Notes under the pieces: model-generated
The model's database searches: none
The model's input: only the letters and a program-made list of their open reading frames with translations
What the model was told of the DNA's origin: nothing
Translations under genes and position numbers: made by a program
Assembly (NCBI GenBank): GCA_964437195.1
Contig: CAYTGC010000002.1
Span: 7,925-71,924 of the forward strand
DNA: 64,000 bases
DNA from: an uncultured Myxococcales bacterium
GTDB taxonomy: Bacteria; Myxococcota_A; Polyangia; Palsa-1104; JAEUJZ01
Direction of reading: 5' to 3'
Shown here: positions 19,852 through 28,861 of the stretch, one piece after another
Layout of the letters: every line of letters starts with the position of its first letter
How positions within the stretch are numbered: position 1 is the stretch's first letter

Positions 19852-21030
19852 TTACCTCCACGGCGCACACGGCGCGTCCGATGCGTGATCGCGGCGCAGT
19901 GGGAAGCCTTGGTAGTCGTGTGGAAGCAGAATGCGGCGCAGATCCGGATGCCCAGCGAAGCGCACTCCGATAAGGTCAAACTGTTCGCGCTCCTGCCAAT
20001 CCGCACCGGCAAAGACCCCATACAGCGAGTCGATGCCGTCGATCTTTTCGAAGCGCACCCGCCACATCACAAGCTGTGAGCCCTTCCCCTGGGTGCGGAG
20101 CGCGTAGGCCACTTCGTACTGCTCGGGCTCGGTCACATTGCCTTCCGCGTCTTTTTTGCCCGGATAGTGCGACGCGACGACGGTGACGAGCTGACGGAAA
20201 CCCTTTTTCTTTAGCGCTTGGGCCAGCTCGCGGTGGCGATCGACGGGAACCAGCGGCGGCGCATCTTTGGGAAAGTCGCTGACGCCGTGCGCTCGCAAGA
20301 TTGCTTCGGTGTCGCCTTCTGATGACACATGGGTGTCACTTGTCATCGCTGGGCGTGGTGGTGTTGGCGCTTCGAGCAGCGGATCAGAGCCTGCCACTTT
20401 CATCGCGCTCTGAAGCTGGGCTTCATCGGTCTTCGGATCGCGAGCCGGATCCCCGAGCCTGCGCAGCGCTGGCATGATCATCTTGGCCGTCTCGGGCCGC
20501 GTTTCCTTCGGTGCCCACTTTCCTTCCCGCTGGAGCCGCACTTTTTCTTGCAGCCGCAGCATGCCGGCCATCAGTGCTTCGGGATTCGGTGGACAGCCCG
20601 GCACATAGACATCGACCGGAAGGAACGTATCAATGCCCGGTACCGTCGGATACAAGTCGCGATAGAAGTCACCGGAGATCGCGCAAGAACCCATCGCGAT
20701 GCACCACTTGGGCTCTGGCATCAGGTCCCACAGCTTCTTCACCCGCGGTGCCATCTTGACGGTGATGGTCCCGGCGACCACCATCACATCGGCTTGCCGT
20801 GGTGTACCGCGCACGATCGTGCCCATGCGGTCAATGTCGACGCGGCTTGCGGCGGTCGCCATAAACTCGATGCCGCAGCAGCTTGTCGCCATTGGAAACA
20901 CCCACAGCGAGTTGGTGAGTCCCCAGGTCAGCAGCTTGTCAACCTGGCCCGTCGCTACCGACAGACCCGGCACGCCCATCATGAAGTCGTAGAGCGGATG
21001 CGTAAACGACCGATTGTCCTCTATTGCCAT
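19852..21030 (-). CDS. Fused NADH-quinone oxidoreductase subunits B and C (NuoB-linker-NuoC)
   Basis: One open frame with no internal stop. The N-terminal half carries NuoB motifs (SCCGIEFM, GSCAISGDFY, VPGCPP). An ~100-aa low-complexity linker follows. The C-terminal half carries the NuoC signature (EREQFDLIGVRFAGHPDLRRILLPHDYQG). Confidence 0.85.
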   Translation of the reverse strand: MAIEDNRSFTHPLYDFMMGVPGLSVATGQVDKLLTWGLTNSLWVFPMATSCCGIEFMATAASRVDIDRMGTIVRGTPRQADVMVVAGTITVKMAPRVKKLWDLMPEPKWCIAMGSCAISGDFYRDLYPTVPGIDTFLPVDVYVPGCPPNPEALMAGMLRLQEKVRLQREGKWAPKETRPETAKMIMPALRRLGDPARDPKTDEAQLQSAMKVAGSDPLLEAPTPPRPAMTSDTHVSSEGDTEAILRAHGVSDFPKDAPPLVPVDRHRELAQALKKKGFRQLVTVVASHYPGKKDAEGNVTEPEQYEVAYALRTQGKGSQLVMWRVRFEKIDGIDSLYGVFAGADWQEREQFDLIGVRFAGHPDLRRILLPHDYQGFPLRRDHASDAPCAPWR

Positions 21031-21374
21031 CGCAGCGCTCCCTTTTTCACCGCGTAGCCCCAGCCGAGCAGCAAGATGCCCACAAAAATTCCCATCTCGA
21101 CGACACCCAGGTCGCGGACGGAAACGCCCCACGGCAGCATGAACGCGGCTTCGACGTCGAACAGAACGAAGAACAGCGCCAGCACGTAGTAGCGCGGATG
21201 AAACTGAATCCACGTCGGGCCTGCTTGGTCCTCGCCGCACTCATAGGTCTGAAACTTGAGTGGCGATTCCTTGCGAGCGCGAACGCGCAGAAGCCAGCCC
21301 GCGCCCACCATGCTGAGCGGGACCACCAAAGAGAGTGCGAGGAAGACCAGCAGAGCGAGCCATGCGTCGGACAT
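21021..21374 (-). CDS. nuoA: NADH-quinone oxidoreductase subunit A
   Basis: 117-aa three-TM protein with ECGEDQAG motif. First gene of the cluster. Confidence 0.85.
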   Translation of the reverse strand: MSDAWLALLVFLALSLVVPLSMVGAGWLLRVRARKESPLKFQTYECGEDQAGPTWIQFHPRYYVLALFFVLFDVEAAFMLPWGVSVRDLGVVEMGIFVGILLLGWGYAVKKGALRWQ

Positions 21375-21641
21375 CGATCAGCACCTCACGGACCGCAGCA
21401 ATAGTTAAGTACGCCCAACCCCTGTGGGAGTCATTCCCATCGCGGAAGAGACGTGCATCTGACGGTTTGTGGCCCGACCTTACGAGCCTTCTGCGTTACT
21501 GTCAAGCCGAGTGGTGAGCCGCTTGCCGTCGGAAACGGTCCGGCACGAAGAGGACTTTGGCGGCCGTTGTCAGACGGTGCAACGGGTACAGCGGAGAAGA
21601 GAAAAAGCGAGCTTTCGAGGGAAGAATGACTGTGAGGGAGA

Positions 21642-23246
21642 CTACGGCGTAGTCGGTCGGATCAGGACAAAGACGCTGCTGTCGCCACGCTGAATGAGGA
21701 GCACATGGCCACCAGGGCGCGGCTGACCAAGCAGCTTCGACGCTTCGTCCACGGACTTGACTGGATGCCGATCAACCTCGGCCAGCACATCGCCTTGGTG
21801 TAGTCCTGCTTCGGCGGCGGGACTGCCCGGCTTCACGCCGCTAATCACGACGCCTTGCCCACCCTTTATGCCCAGTCGTTCCGCAAGCTGCGGCGTCAGC
21901 GCTTGAAGTGCCAGACCAAGCTTGGCCCGGGCTGAGCTCGGGTCTTCGGTTGCACCGACCTGCGCGGGCGCGTCATCTGATGGAAGCTCACCGGCCTTGG
22001 CGTTGATCGTGACCATTTTGCCCTCACGCCACAGCTCGAGTGCGACGCTGTCTCCGACTCGGTGGGTCAGCACTTGGCGCTGGACATCACGGCTGTTGGA
22101 GATCGGCTTGCCGTCTACCTTGATGATGACATCGCCGCGTCGGATGCCGGCCTTTTCGGCAGGACCGCCGCCCGTCAGACTGACGACGAGAGCGCCTTTT
22201 TCTGGCGCACCCATTGCTTTGGCAAGATCGGGTTCGTACGGCTGCATCGAGATGCCGAGGAACGGACGGTGAACCTTGCCGCTCGAGATCAGCTCGTTGA
22301 CGATCGGCTTGGCCATGTCCGACGGGACCGCGAAACCAATGCCGATGTTTCCCCCGGGACCAAGGATCGCGGTGTTGATGCCGATGACTTCGCCCGACAG
22401 ATTGACCAGCGGTCCACCCGAGTTGCCGGGATTGATCGAAGCGTCGGTCTGGAGGAAGTCCTGGTAGTTGCTGCGGTTTTCACCGATGCCCGAGCGGCCT
22501 TTGGCGCTGATCACTCCGACAGTCACGGTGTGGTCTAGTCCGAATGGGTTGCCGATGGCCATGACCCACTCACCGACGAGCAGCTTCTCGGAATCGCCCA
22601 GCCGTGCAGCCTTGAGCGTGTAGTCCTTGGGGTCGACCCGAATGACCGCGAGGTCCGACTTTGAGTCGGTACCGACGATCTTGGCCGGCAGCTCTTTGCC
22701 ATCGAGGAACTGGACTTTGATGTCGTCTGCTTCACCGACGACGTGGTTGTTGGTCAGGATGTAGCCTTTGGTGTCGATGACCACACCCGAACCAGCGCCG
22801 CGCTGCACTGGGCCCTGTCGCTCCTCGGTGCCATCGTCGTCGCCGTCGTCATCCGGTCCCCCGAATGGGCTACCAAACGGGCCGAAATGGAACGGAAACT
22901 CGCGACCGAATGGATTGCCGCGACGCATCACCTTGATCTTCTGCTTCTTGGCCACGCGAATCGCGACGACGCTCGGTGAGACCTGCTCGGCGACTTGCGA
23001 AAACGTCCGTGACAGGCCGCGGGCGTCGGCAATCTGATTTGGTGTGGGTGGCGGCAAGCTCGGGGTCTGGGCCTGCGGAACCAAGGGGGCGACGGCAGCC
23101 GGGGTCTGGGCTGTGCCGGGAGCGGCGGCGGACGCTTGCTGATCCCAGCTCACTTTGACCTTGGTGCAGGCGACGGTGATGAGTGCCCCCGTGGTGAAGA
23201 GGGCGAAGCTGCGGAACAAGCGGAAGGAAGTGGACTTGCCAGTCAT
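21642..23246 (-). CDS. HtrA/DegP-family periplasmic serine protease with two PDZ domains
   Basis: Catalytic triad context (NNHVV; DLAVIRV; GNSGGPL) and two PDZ-like regions are present. The internal start MTGKSTSF is followed by a signal peptide. Confidence 0.9.
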   Translation of the reverse strand: MTGKSTSFRLFRSFALFTTGALITVACTKVKVSWDQQASAAAPGTAQTPAAVAPLVPQAQTPSLPPPTPNQIADARGLSRTFSQVAEQVSPSVVAIRVAKKQKIKVMRRGNPFGREFPFHFGPFGSPFGGPDDDGDDDGTEERQGPVQRGAGSGVVIDTKGYILTNNHVVGEADDIKVQFLDGKELPAKIVGTDSKSDLAVIRVDPKDYTLKAARLGDSEKLLVGEWVMAIGNPFGLDHTVTVGVISAKGRSGIGENRSNYQDFLQTDASINPGNSGGPLVNLSGEVIGINTAILGPGGNIGIGFAVPSDMAKPIVNELISSGKVHRPFLGISMQPYEPDLAKAMGAPEKGALVVSLTGGGPAEKAGIRRGDVIIKVDGKPISNSRDVQRQVLTHRVGDSVALELWREGKMVTINAKAGELPSDDAPAQVGATEDPSSARAKLGLALQALTPQLAERLGIKGGQGVVISGVKPGSPAAEAGLHQGDVLAEVDRHPVKSVDEASKLLGQPRPGGHVLLIQRGDSSVFVLIRPTTP

Positions 23247-23444
23247 ATCGCTACTGTCCTCCAAGACGTGAGAAGTGTCCCTGCTGTTTGCGTGGAACAC
23301 ATCGCTCGAAAAGCTAGCTACTGCCTGTGGAACAGGCAAGGGGGGACGGCTATTCCCAGCCCAAGCTGAATTTGCGAAAACAAGTTGCCAATGCCTCCGG
23401 GGTCGCGCTGCGGCGTACCCGGTTCGCCTTTTTGTCGCGTGGGG

Positions 23445-24380
23445 TTACGGTCGGCGGAAGTGAACAGATGGCCAGCCGTCTCCGAGTGCTGCCTCGACAT
23501 CTTCGGTCCGCAGCCGCTGGCGATTGCTATAGAGCATGATGGCGCGTTCCAGCACCGCTTCCAGCTCACGGAAGTTGCCGGGCCAGTCGTGGCGTTTGAG
23601 CAGCGAGAGCGTGTCTTCTTCGACGAAAAATGCGGCTTCGCTGCCAGCCGGACGTTCGGGATCGAAGAGCTCTGCTGGCCGTCGGTCTTGGTGGTTGCGC
23701 AGGATTCGGTTGCAGATCCACAGCGTCGAATGAGCAATGTCCTGGGGCCGCTCGCGCAGGGGCGGAACGTGCAGCACAATCCGCAGCAGTCGGTACGCAA
23801 GATCGTGGCGAAAGTGGCCGAGGCGCACCGCTTGCGGCAGATTTCCGTCGGTCTGAGCGATCATCGCAACGCCGCTGTCTTGGCCGAGCCGGTGGTTTTG
23901 CATGTGCTCTTGGATGCAGCGCTGAACGTCGAGAGGCATCACCAAGAGCTCGTCGAGGAGCAGCGTTCCTCCTTCCGCTTTTGAGAGCAGTCCGTCCTCA
24001 TGTCGGCTGCACACTTCGCCGTCCCCGGACTTGTAGGTATCGGGGCCGAAGAACTGCTTTAGCATTTCTTCCGACGAACAACCGGCGAGTTGGGCGCGAA
24101 TCATCGGCGCACCGTGAGGATGCATCAGACGGTGGAGCAGCTTCGCCAGTCCTTCTTTCCCCGTGCCGGGTTCCCCGTAGATGACAACGTGCGCGCGAAA
24201 CGGTTGATCCTGTAGCCGCTCGATGACTCGCAGGATGCGCGCCATGTCTGGGTGAGCATCCGACATCCGGCCAAAGGCGGAAATCCATGCACTCAGTTGC
24301 AGCTCGCCGCCGCCAAAAATCCCGGATGTTTCCGGCTGTTCATCGCTCTGTGAGCGAGCAGGCTCTGGGCCTTTCCTCAT
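23445..24380 (-). CDS. Stand-alone sigma54-interaction-type AAA+ ATPase core (degenerate GAFTGA, no receiver, no HTH)
   Basis: Walker A (GEPGTGKE), Walker B (GGTLLLDE), R-finger region (LAYRLLRIVLHVPPLRERPQDI) and WPGNFRELEAVLERA are present. The GAFTGA position reads KSGDGE. The protein ends right after the AAA+ lid. Confidence 0.7.
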   Translation of the reverse strand: MRKGPEPARSQSDEQPETSGIFGGGELQLSAWISAFGRMSDAHPDMARILRVIERLQDQPFRAHVVIYGEPGTGKEGLAKLLHRLMHPHGAPMIRAQLAGCSSEEMLKQFFGPDTYKSGDGEVCSRHEDGLLSKAEGGTLLLDELLVMPLDVQRCIQEHMQNHRLGQDSGVAMIAQTDGNLPQAVRLGHFRHDLAYRLLRIVLHVPPLRERPQDIAHSTLWICNRILRNHQDRRPAELFDPERPAGSEAAFFVEEDTLSLLKRHDWPGNFRELEAVLERAIMLYSNRQRLRTEDVEAALGDGWPSVHFRRP

Positions 24381-24426
24381 AAGAAGTCACGATATCAGAG
24401 TTTCTCAGCTCGAAAAAAGCGCCCTC

Positions 24427-25854
24427 TTGACGCTATGCCGATTGGGGCCACAGACTGCCAAGACGGTGCCGCATCGTCCTTTTTTGACCCAGGGAGTCAG
24501 TCTGGCGCAGTTCGTTTGCGGGCTGGTTGGGGCTTGGGCGCTTGGTGGTGTGACGGCAGCAGCGGAGACTTCGCCAACCGGGCCGGTCCCGCTCAGTCCT
24601 CCGGCTGCGGTCCAGACCGTCGAGCCCGTTCGCTACAGCGAAGAGTGGGTGCACAAGACGCTGACGGACCTGCACTTGCGCTACCCGAAACTCACGAGGC
24701 TGGTTTCCCTGGGAAAGTCGCACGAGGGGAGGCCGGTCTGGGCACTGGTCATCGGACGCAATGTGAAGCGGCACGATCCAAGACCGGCGATTCTGGTGAG
24801 CGGTGCGCATCACGGCGTCGAGACTTTTTCGATCGACTTGGCGATCGACGTCGCTAATGTGCTGCTGCTACGTGCGGGCGAAGACAGGCGTGCGGGGTTG
24901 CGGATCGATCCGACGCTCGACAAGAGAGTGAGCCGCTGGCTCAAGGATCTGGTCGTGTGGTGCGTGCCAGTCGTAAATCCCGACGGAGTGTGGGCGTCGC
25001 TACACGGCTATGTTCGCACTGGACGAAAAAACGGGCGTGACAACAACGGCAACGGCAAGCCCGATCGGGGCGACGGGGTAGATCTCAACCGCAACTATCC
25101 ATTCCGCTGGGGGTTCCTCGGGGACAAGGGCAGCTCGCCACTCCCCGAGAGCGCCTACTTTCGTGGTCCTGCTGCTGGATCGGAGCCCGAGACGCAGGCC
25201 ATGATGCGGATCGCCGAGAGTGAGCACTTTGCCGCATCGCTCTCGTATCACACGGGAAATGTGACGGTGCTTGCGCCGTACACCATCGACAACGTCCAAA
25301 GCCCGACGCCGAACGAAGCGTGGACCGTCGCGGAAGAGCTGGTCGCTGGGCTGCCTCGCCATCCGCAAGGAAAAGACATTATTGTCCGTCGCAACATCTA
25401 TCCGGTCGACGGGACCGACCAAGACTATCTGCGCGGGCAGTTTGGCACGTTGGCGCTGCTGGTCGAAGGCGCGCGGCGTGATCCGACGCAGGCAGATGCC
25501 AGGCACAATGTAGTCTTGGCGATGCGTCCAGTGTGGACCCGGCTTCTCGACCGATATCTCGATGGTCCGTCGGTCCATGGCGTTGTTCGCGATGTGAAAG
25601 GACGCCCGGTCGTCGCCGATGTGAACATCGTCGAGCAGTCGCTGGCCGAACAGGAGCACTGGCAGACTCGCTGCCGCGATGGACATTACGATCGCTTTTT
25701 GCCTGGACCTGGCGACTATACGGTGCGGGTTGCTGTGCCCGGAGGGCCGGTCCAGGAGCAGCGCGTTACCATCGGAAAACAGCGGCTGCGCCTGGATTTT
25801 ACCGTCGAGGCAGCGGTTTCTTCTGGACAGTGCCCGAAGGAGCCGCCGGGATAG
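24427..25854 (+). CDS. M14 zinc carboxypeptidase with C-terminal carboxypeptidase-regulatory-like beta domain
   Basis: Zn ligand motif GAHHGVE is present. M14-like core and a secretion signal. C-terminal YTVRVAVPGGPVQEQRVTIG beta-sandwich. Confidence 0.8.
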   Translation: MTLCRLGPQTAKTVPHRPFLTQGVSLAQFVCGLVGAWALGGVTAAAETSPTGPVPLSPPAAVQTVEPVRYSEEWVHKTLTDLHLRYPKLTRLVSLGKSHEGRPVWALVIGRNVKRHDPRPAILVSGAHHGVETFSIDLAIDVANVLLLRAGEDRRAGLRIDPTLDKRVSRWLKDLVVWCVPVVNPDGVWASLHGYVRTGRKNGRDNNGNGKPDRGDGVDLNRNYPFRWGFLGDKGSSPLPESAYFRGPAAGSEPETQAMMRIAESEHFAASLSYHTGNVTVLAPYTIDNVQSPTPNEAWTVAEELVAGLPRHPQGKDIIVRRNIYPVDGTDQDYLRGQFGTLALLVEGARRDPTQADARHNVVLAMRPVWTRLLDRYLDGPSVHGVVRDVKGRPVVADVNIVEQSLAEQEHWQTRCRDGHYDRFLPGPGDYTVRVAVPGGPVQEQRVTIGKQRLRLDFTVEAAVSSGQCPKEPPG

Positions 25855-28150
25855 GCTCGGGCAGCGGCGGGGCACCGGACCCGGGCTTCACCACCAGGTG
25901 CGCGAGCTCGGGACGCAGCACCGAAGCAAAGGCCCCGGCAATTCGGCCCCACAGCCGCTCGGTGACGACGGGGTCGGGCACCATGTGCGTCAGTCCGGGC
26001 AGCGGCAGCAGCTCGTGCGGCTTTCCGGCGCGGAACAGCGCTTGCGACAGCTTCAGGCTGTGGAAAAACAGAACGTTGTCGTCGGCTGTTCCGTGAATGA
26101 GCAAGAGCGGTCGGCGAAGCTGCGACGCATAGGTAAGCAGCGATGATCGTTCATATCCGTCGGCATTTTCTTGCGGGGTGCTGATGTAGCGTTCGGTATA
26201 GCAGGTGTCGTAGTCGCGCCAGTCCACCACCGGAGCCCCAGCGACGCCGATGTGGAACACGTCAGGACGCCGCAGCACCGCAAGAGCCGCCATATAACCA
26301 CCGAACGACCAACCGAAGATCCCGACGCGGGAGAGGTCCATTTCAGGGAACTTCTCACCGGCGGCCTGCAAGGCCGATACCTGATCGTCGAGTGGAATGT
26401 CGGCGAAATTGCCAACGATGGCCTGCTCCCAGGTTGTGCCTCGTCCCGGTGTGCCTCGTCCGTCGGCCATAAAGACAATGAATCCGTGGTCCGCCAGCCA
26501 CTGATCGAGCATGTACATGCCGGCGATCGACATCACTTGGTTGTGGTGCGGACCGCCGTAGACATGCACTAGCACGGGATATTTCTTACCCGCCTGGAAG
26601 TTGCGCGGCCTGACGAGCAGCGTTCGGTAGTTTTGGGCCCCAACCTGCGCGATTTCCAGGTTGGGAACAAAGGGCGGCGGCGTGGATACAGACGGCAGCT
26701 CTCCCACGAGCTGATCGTTGGCGGCGGCCTGGCTGGATTCCGGCGTTCGCATCACCACCGTCTTGCCAAGCTGCGTCGTCGAAAAAGAGCTAAGCACATA
26801 CACGCCTGGGTGCTGCCCGAAACTCGCAGTGTGGTAGCCGCCGCTTGGTGTCAGCTTGAGCGGTGTGCCCGACGCGATCGACACGCGGTAGATGTCTTGT
26901 GTCGTCGGTTCTGGGCTGGCCGCATAGCTCACATAGCCGCCCTTTTCATCAAAGTGCAGAAGCTTGCGAAATCCTTGCGTTTTGTCGACGAGAAGGCGCT
27001 TGAGCGCGCCGGTATAGTCGCGGAGCTGTAGCTCGCGGACCCCGTCTTTTTCACTCGTCCACAAGAAGCCTGATCCGTCGCGAAGCGGGCGAGGAACATC
27101 CTGATCAATGTTGATCCATGCGTCGCTGTGTTCCTGCAGGAGCCGCTGGATCTGGCCGGTCTTCAGATCCACCGTCACAAGCTCGAGATCGCGCTGGCTG
27201 CGGGTGAGCAGGGTGAGCATGAGCGGGCCACCCTCGCGCCACACCACCGTCGCCAGGTAAGGCAGTTTTTCGCGTGGCCACTCGACCCACAGCGGATTTC
27301 CGCCCGTCGCTGCAATCAGACCGAGCCGGACGTCGGCGTTGTCGGTGCCGGCGCGGGGATAGCGCAGCGGCTGCGGTGGCTGCTCGGGATGTAGCGCGTC
27401 TCCGACGTAGAGCGTCTCGACCGGTTGGTTGTTTACCTCGGTGAAGGCGATCGTCTGGCTGTCTGGGGACCAGAAAAATCCAGAGAAGCGGTGCAGCTCT
27501 TCCTGGGCGACGAACTCGGCAGTGCCGTAGCTTATGACCGGACTTTGGCTGTGCATAAGTCGGCGTTCGCGTCGGGTCGCCAGGTCCATCACAAACAGAT
27601 CGCGACCGCGAACGTAGCCGACGGCTTTGCCATTTGGAGAGAGGTGCGGATCGACGATTGGATCGCTGCTTCGGTCGGTCGGCTCGGTGACCGGCGTTAG
27701 CTCGCTACAATCGCCGGTGCGAAGCTGGTAGGTGTAGAGCTTGCCCGATAGAGGAATGAGCAAAAAGCTGCCATCTTTGGCCAGCTCGAATGACGTGAAG
27801 CCACGCATCGACTGGCGCATTCGCTCTCGGCGGGCTTTTTCCTCGACGGAGAGGCGCTCTTCCACGCCTTGCAGCAGCTGGGCCGGGCTTAGTAGTTCTC
27901 GGCTTTGACCCGTCGCTACATCGAGTACGTGGAGCCGCAGCTCAGGGGACGCTGCCGTCGCGCGCAGAAACAGCACTTGCTTGCCGTCGGGCGTCGGCGT
28001 CGCCCGCATCGGCTTGCCGAGAGAAAACCCTCGGGTCTTGGAATGTAGCCCAAGATATCCGGGGACTGGACCTATCGTTTCCGAGGGACCGGAGGCTGCG
28101 TTTGCGACAGTTGAAAGAGACAGGTAGAGGAGCAGTGAGGCCCTGCGCAT
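25799..28150 (-). CDS. S9-family dipeptidyl-peptidase IV-like serine peptidase
   Basis: N-terminal beta-propeller region. C-terminal alpha/beta-hydrolase with GWSFGG nucleophile elbow, plus the Asp and His region (LLIHGTADDNV; LPGLTHM). Confidence 0.85.
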   Translation of the reverse strand: MRRASLLLYLSLSTVANAASGPSETIGPVPGYLGLHSKTRGFSLGKPMRATPTPDGKQVLFLRATAASPELRLHVLDVATGQSRELLSPAQLLQGVEERLSVEEKARRERMRQSMRGFTSFELAKDGSFLLIPLSGKLYTYQLRTGDCSELTPVTEPTDRSSDPIVDPHLSPNGKAVGYVRGRDLFVMDLATRRERRLMHSQSPVISYGTAEFVAQEELHRFSGFFWSPDSQTIAFTEVNNQPVETLYVGDALHPEQPPQPLRYPRAGTDNADVRLGLIAATGGNPLWVEWPREKLPYLATVVWREGGPLMLTLLTRSQRDLELVTVDLKTGQIQRLLQEHSDAWINIDQDVPRPLRDGSGFLWTSEKDGVRELQLRDYTGALKRLLVDKTQGFRKLLHFDEKGGYVSYAASPEPTTQDIYRVSIASGTPLKLTPSGGYHTASFGQHPGVYVLSSFSTTQLGKTVVMRTPESSQAAANDQLVGELPSVSTPPPFVPNLEIAQVGAQNYRTLLVRPRNFQAGKKYPVLVHVYGGPHHNQVMSIAGMYMLDQWLADHGFIVFMADGRGTPGRGTTWEQAIVGNFADIPLDDQVSALQAAGEKFPEMDLSRVGIFGWSFGGYMAALAVLRRPDVFHIGVAGAPVVDWRDYDTCYTERYISTPQENADGYERSSLLTYASQLRRPLLLIHGTADDNVLFFHSLKLSQALFRAGKPHELLPLPGLTHMVPDPVVTERLWGRIAGAFASVLRPELAHLVVKPGSGAPPLPEPIPAAPSGTVQKKPLPRR

Positions 28151-28169
28151 AGAGAGGAAACTATCACAA

Positions 28170-28739
28170 TCACTTCGGGCGCGCCGTGCGCTTCTGGATG
28201 GCCTCGACGATCGGCTCGGGACGGCGCAGTCGATTGCGGACCTGTTCCTCGCTAACGTTGTATGCGGTCTGAAACTCCAGGCCGTCTTCGTAGAGTTCGT
28301 CCCAGGTACTTTCGTCGCCTACGAATTGAGACGGTCGCTTCCCCTTCGAGACGAGCTTTCCGAGACTACCAGCCTTGGTCGACAGGCCAGCCCACAGGTC
28401 CGCGCCCAGATAGCCTGAAAACAGCTCCAGGTCGTGTTGAAGCGGGCCAAAGATGTCGTCGAAGCGAGCGCAGAAGCTGGCCGACTCGGCGGTGTCCTCG
28501 GCGGCGATTTGTCCGAGCGTAATTCGCAGCAAAAAGACGTCTTCGAGGAAACGCTCGGGGCCGGTTCCATCTTGATGCCCGAAGGCTTGCAGCAGCACTC
28601 CGGTGGCTTGTTCGCGGACTGCTTGCGGCAACTCCACGTCGGTGATGACCTCTTGCATGACTTTAAGGTCAAACGGCAGCGACAGAAGCAACTCGCAGAC
28701 CCGTGACAGGAACCGTTGCCCGTTCTCGGTGGGGCGCAT
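28170..28739 (-). CDS. Hypothetical protein (co-directional, 20 bp upstream of S9 peptidase)
   Basis: 189-aa acidic protein with no recognisable motifs. Probably co-transcribed with the peptidase. Confidence 0.4.
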   Translation of the reverse strand: MRPTENGQRFLSRVCELLLSLPFDLKVMQEVITDVELPQAVREQATGVLLQAFGHQDGTGPERFLEDVFLLRITLGQIAAEDTAESASFCARFDDIFGPLQHDLELFSGYLGADLWAGLSTKAGSLGKLVSKGKRPSQFVGDESTWDELYEDGLEFQTAYNVSEEQVRNRLRRPEPIVEAIQKRTARPK

Positions 28740-28861
28740 GATTTCTCTTACCTGATACCCAGCTAGGCTTTCAAGGATAGTGACGGAATGTCGCGCTGTC
28801 TACGACGGGCTGGACGACTGCCTCGCTTTTTCTTAGCCTAGAGGAATCACATGGGGGGGCC

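Noticed and set aside
23280-23345. Possible sigma54 (-24/-12) promoter between AAA+ gene and htrA (TGGAACACATCGC)
   Set aside because: The GG-to-GC spacing is two bp short of consensus and the orientation does not fit the downstream minus-strand gene.
24427-25854. Pseudogene status for genes with convergent 3' overlaps (M14/S9 at 25799-25854; GMC/SRPBCC at 34819-34868; cyclase-like/MDR at 30630-30652)
   Set aside because: Overlaps are short and at the C-terminal ends only. Both partners have intact catalytic motifs. Convergent overlaps are common in compact high-GC genomes.
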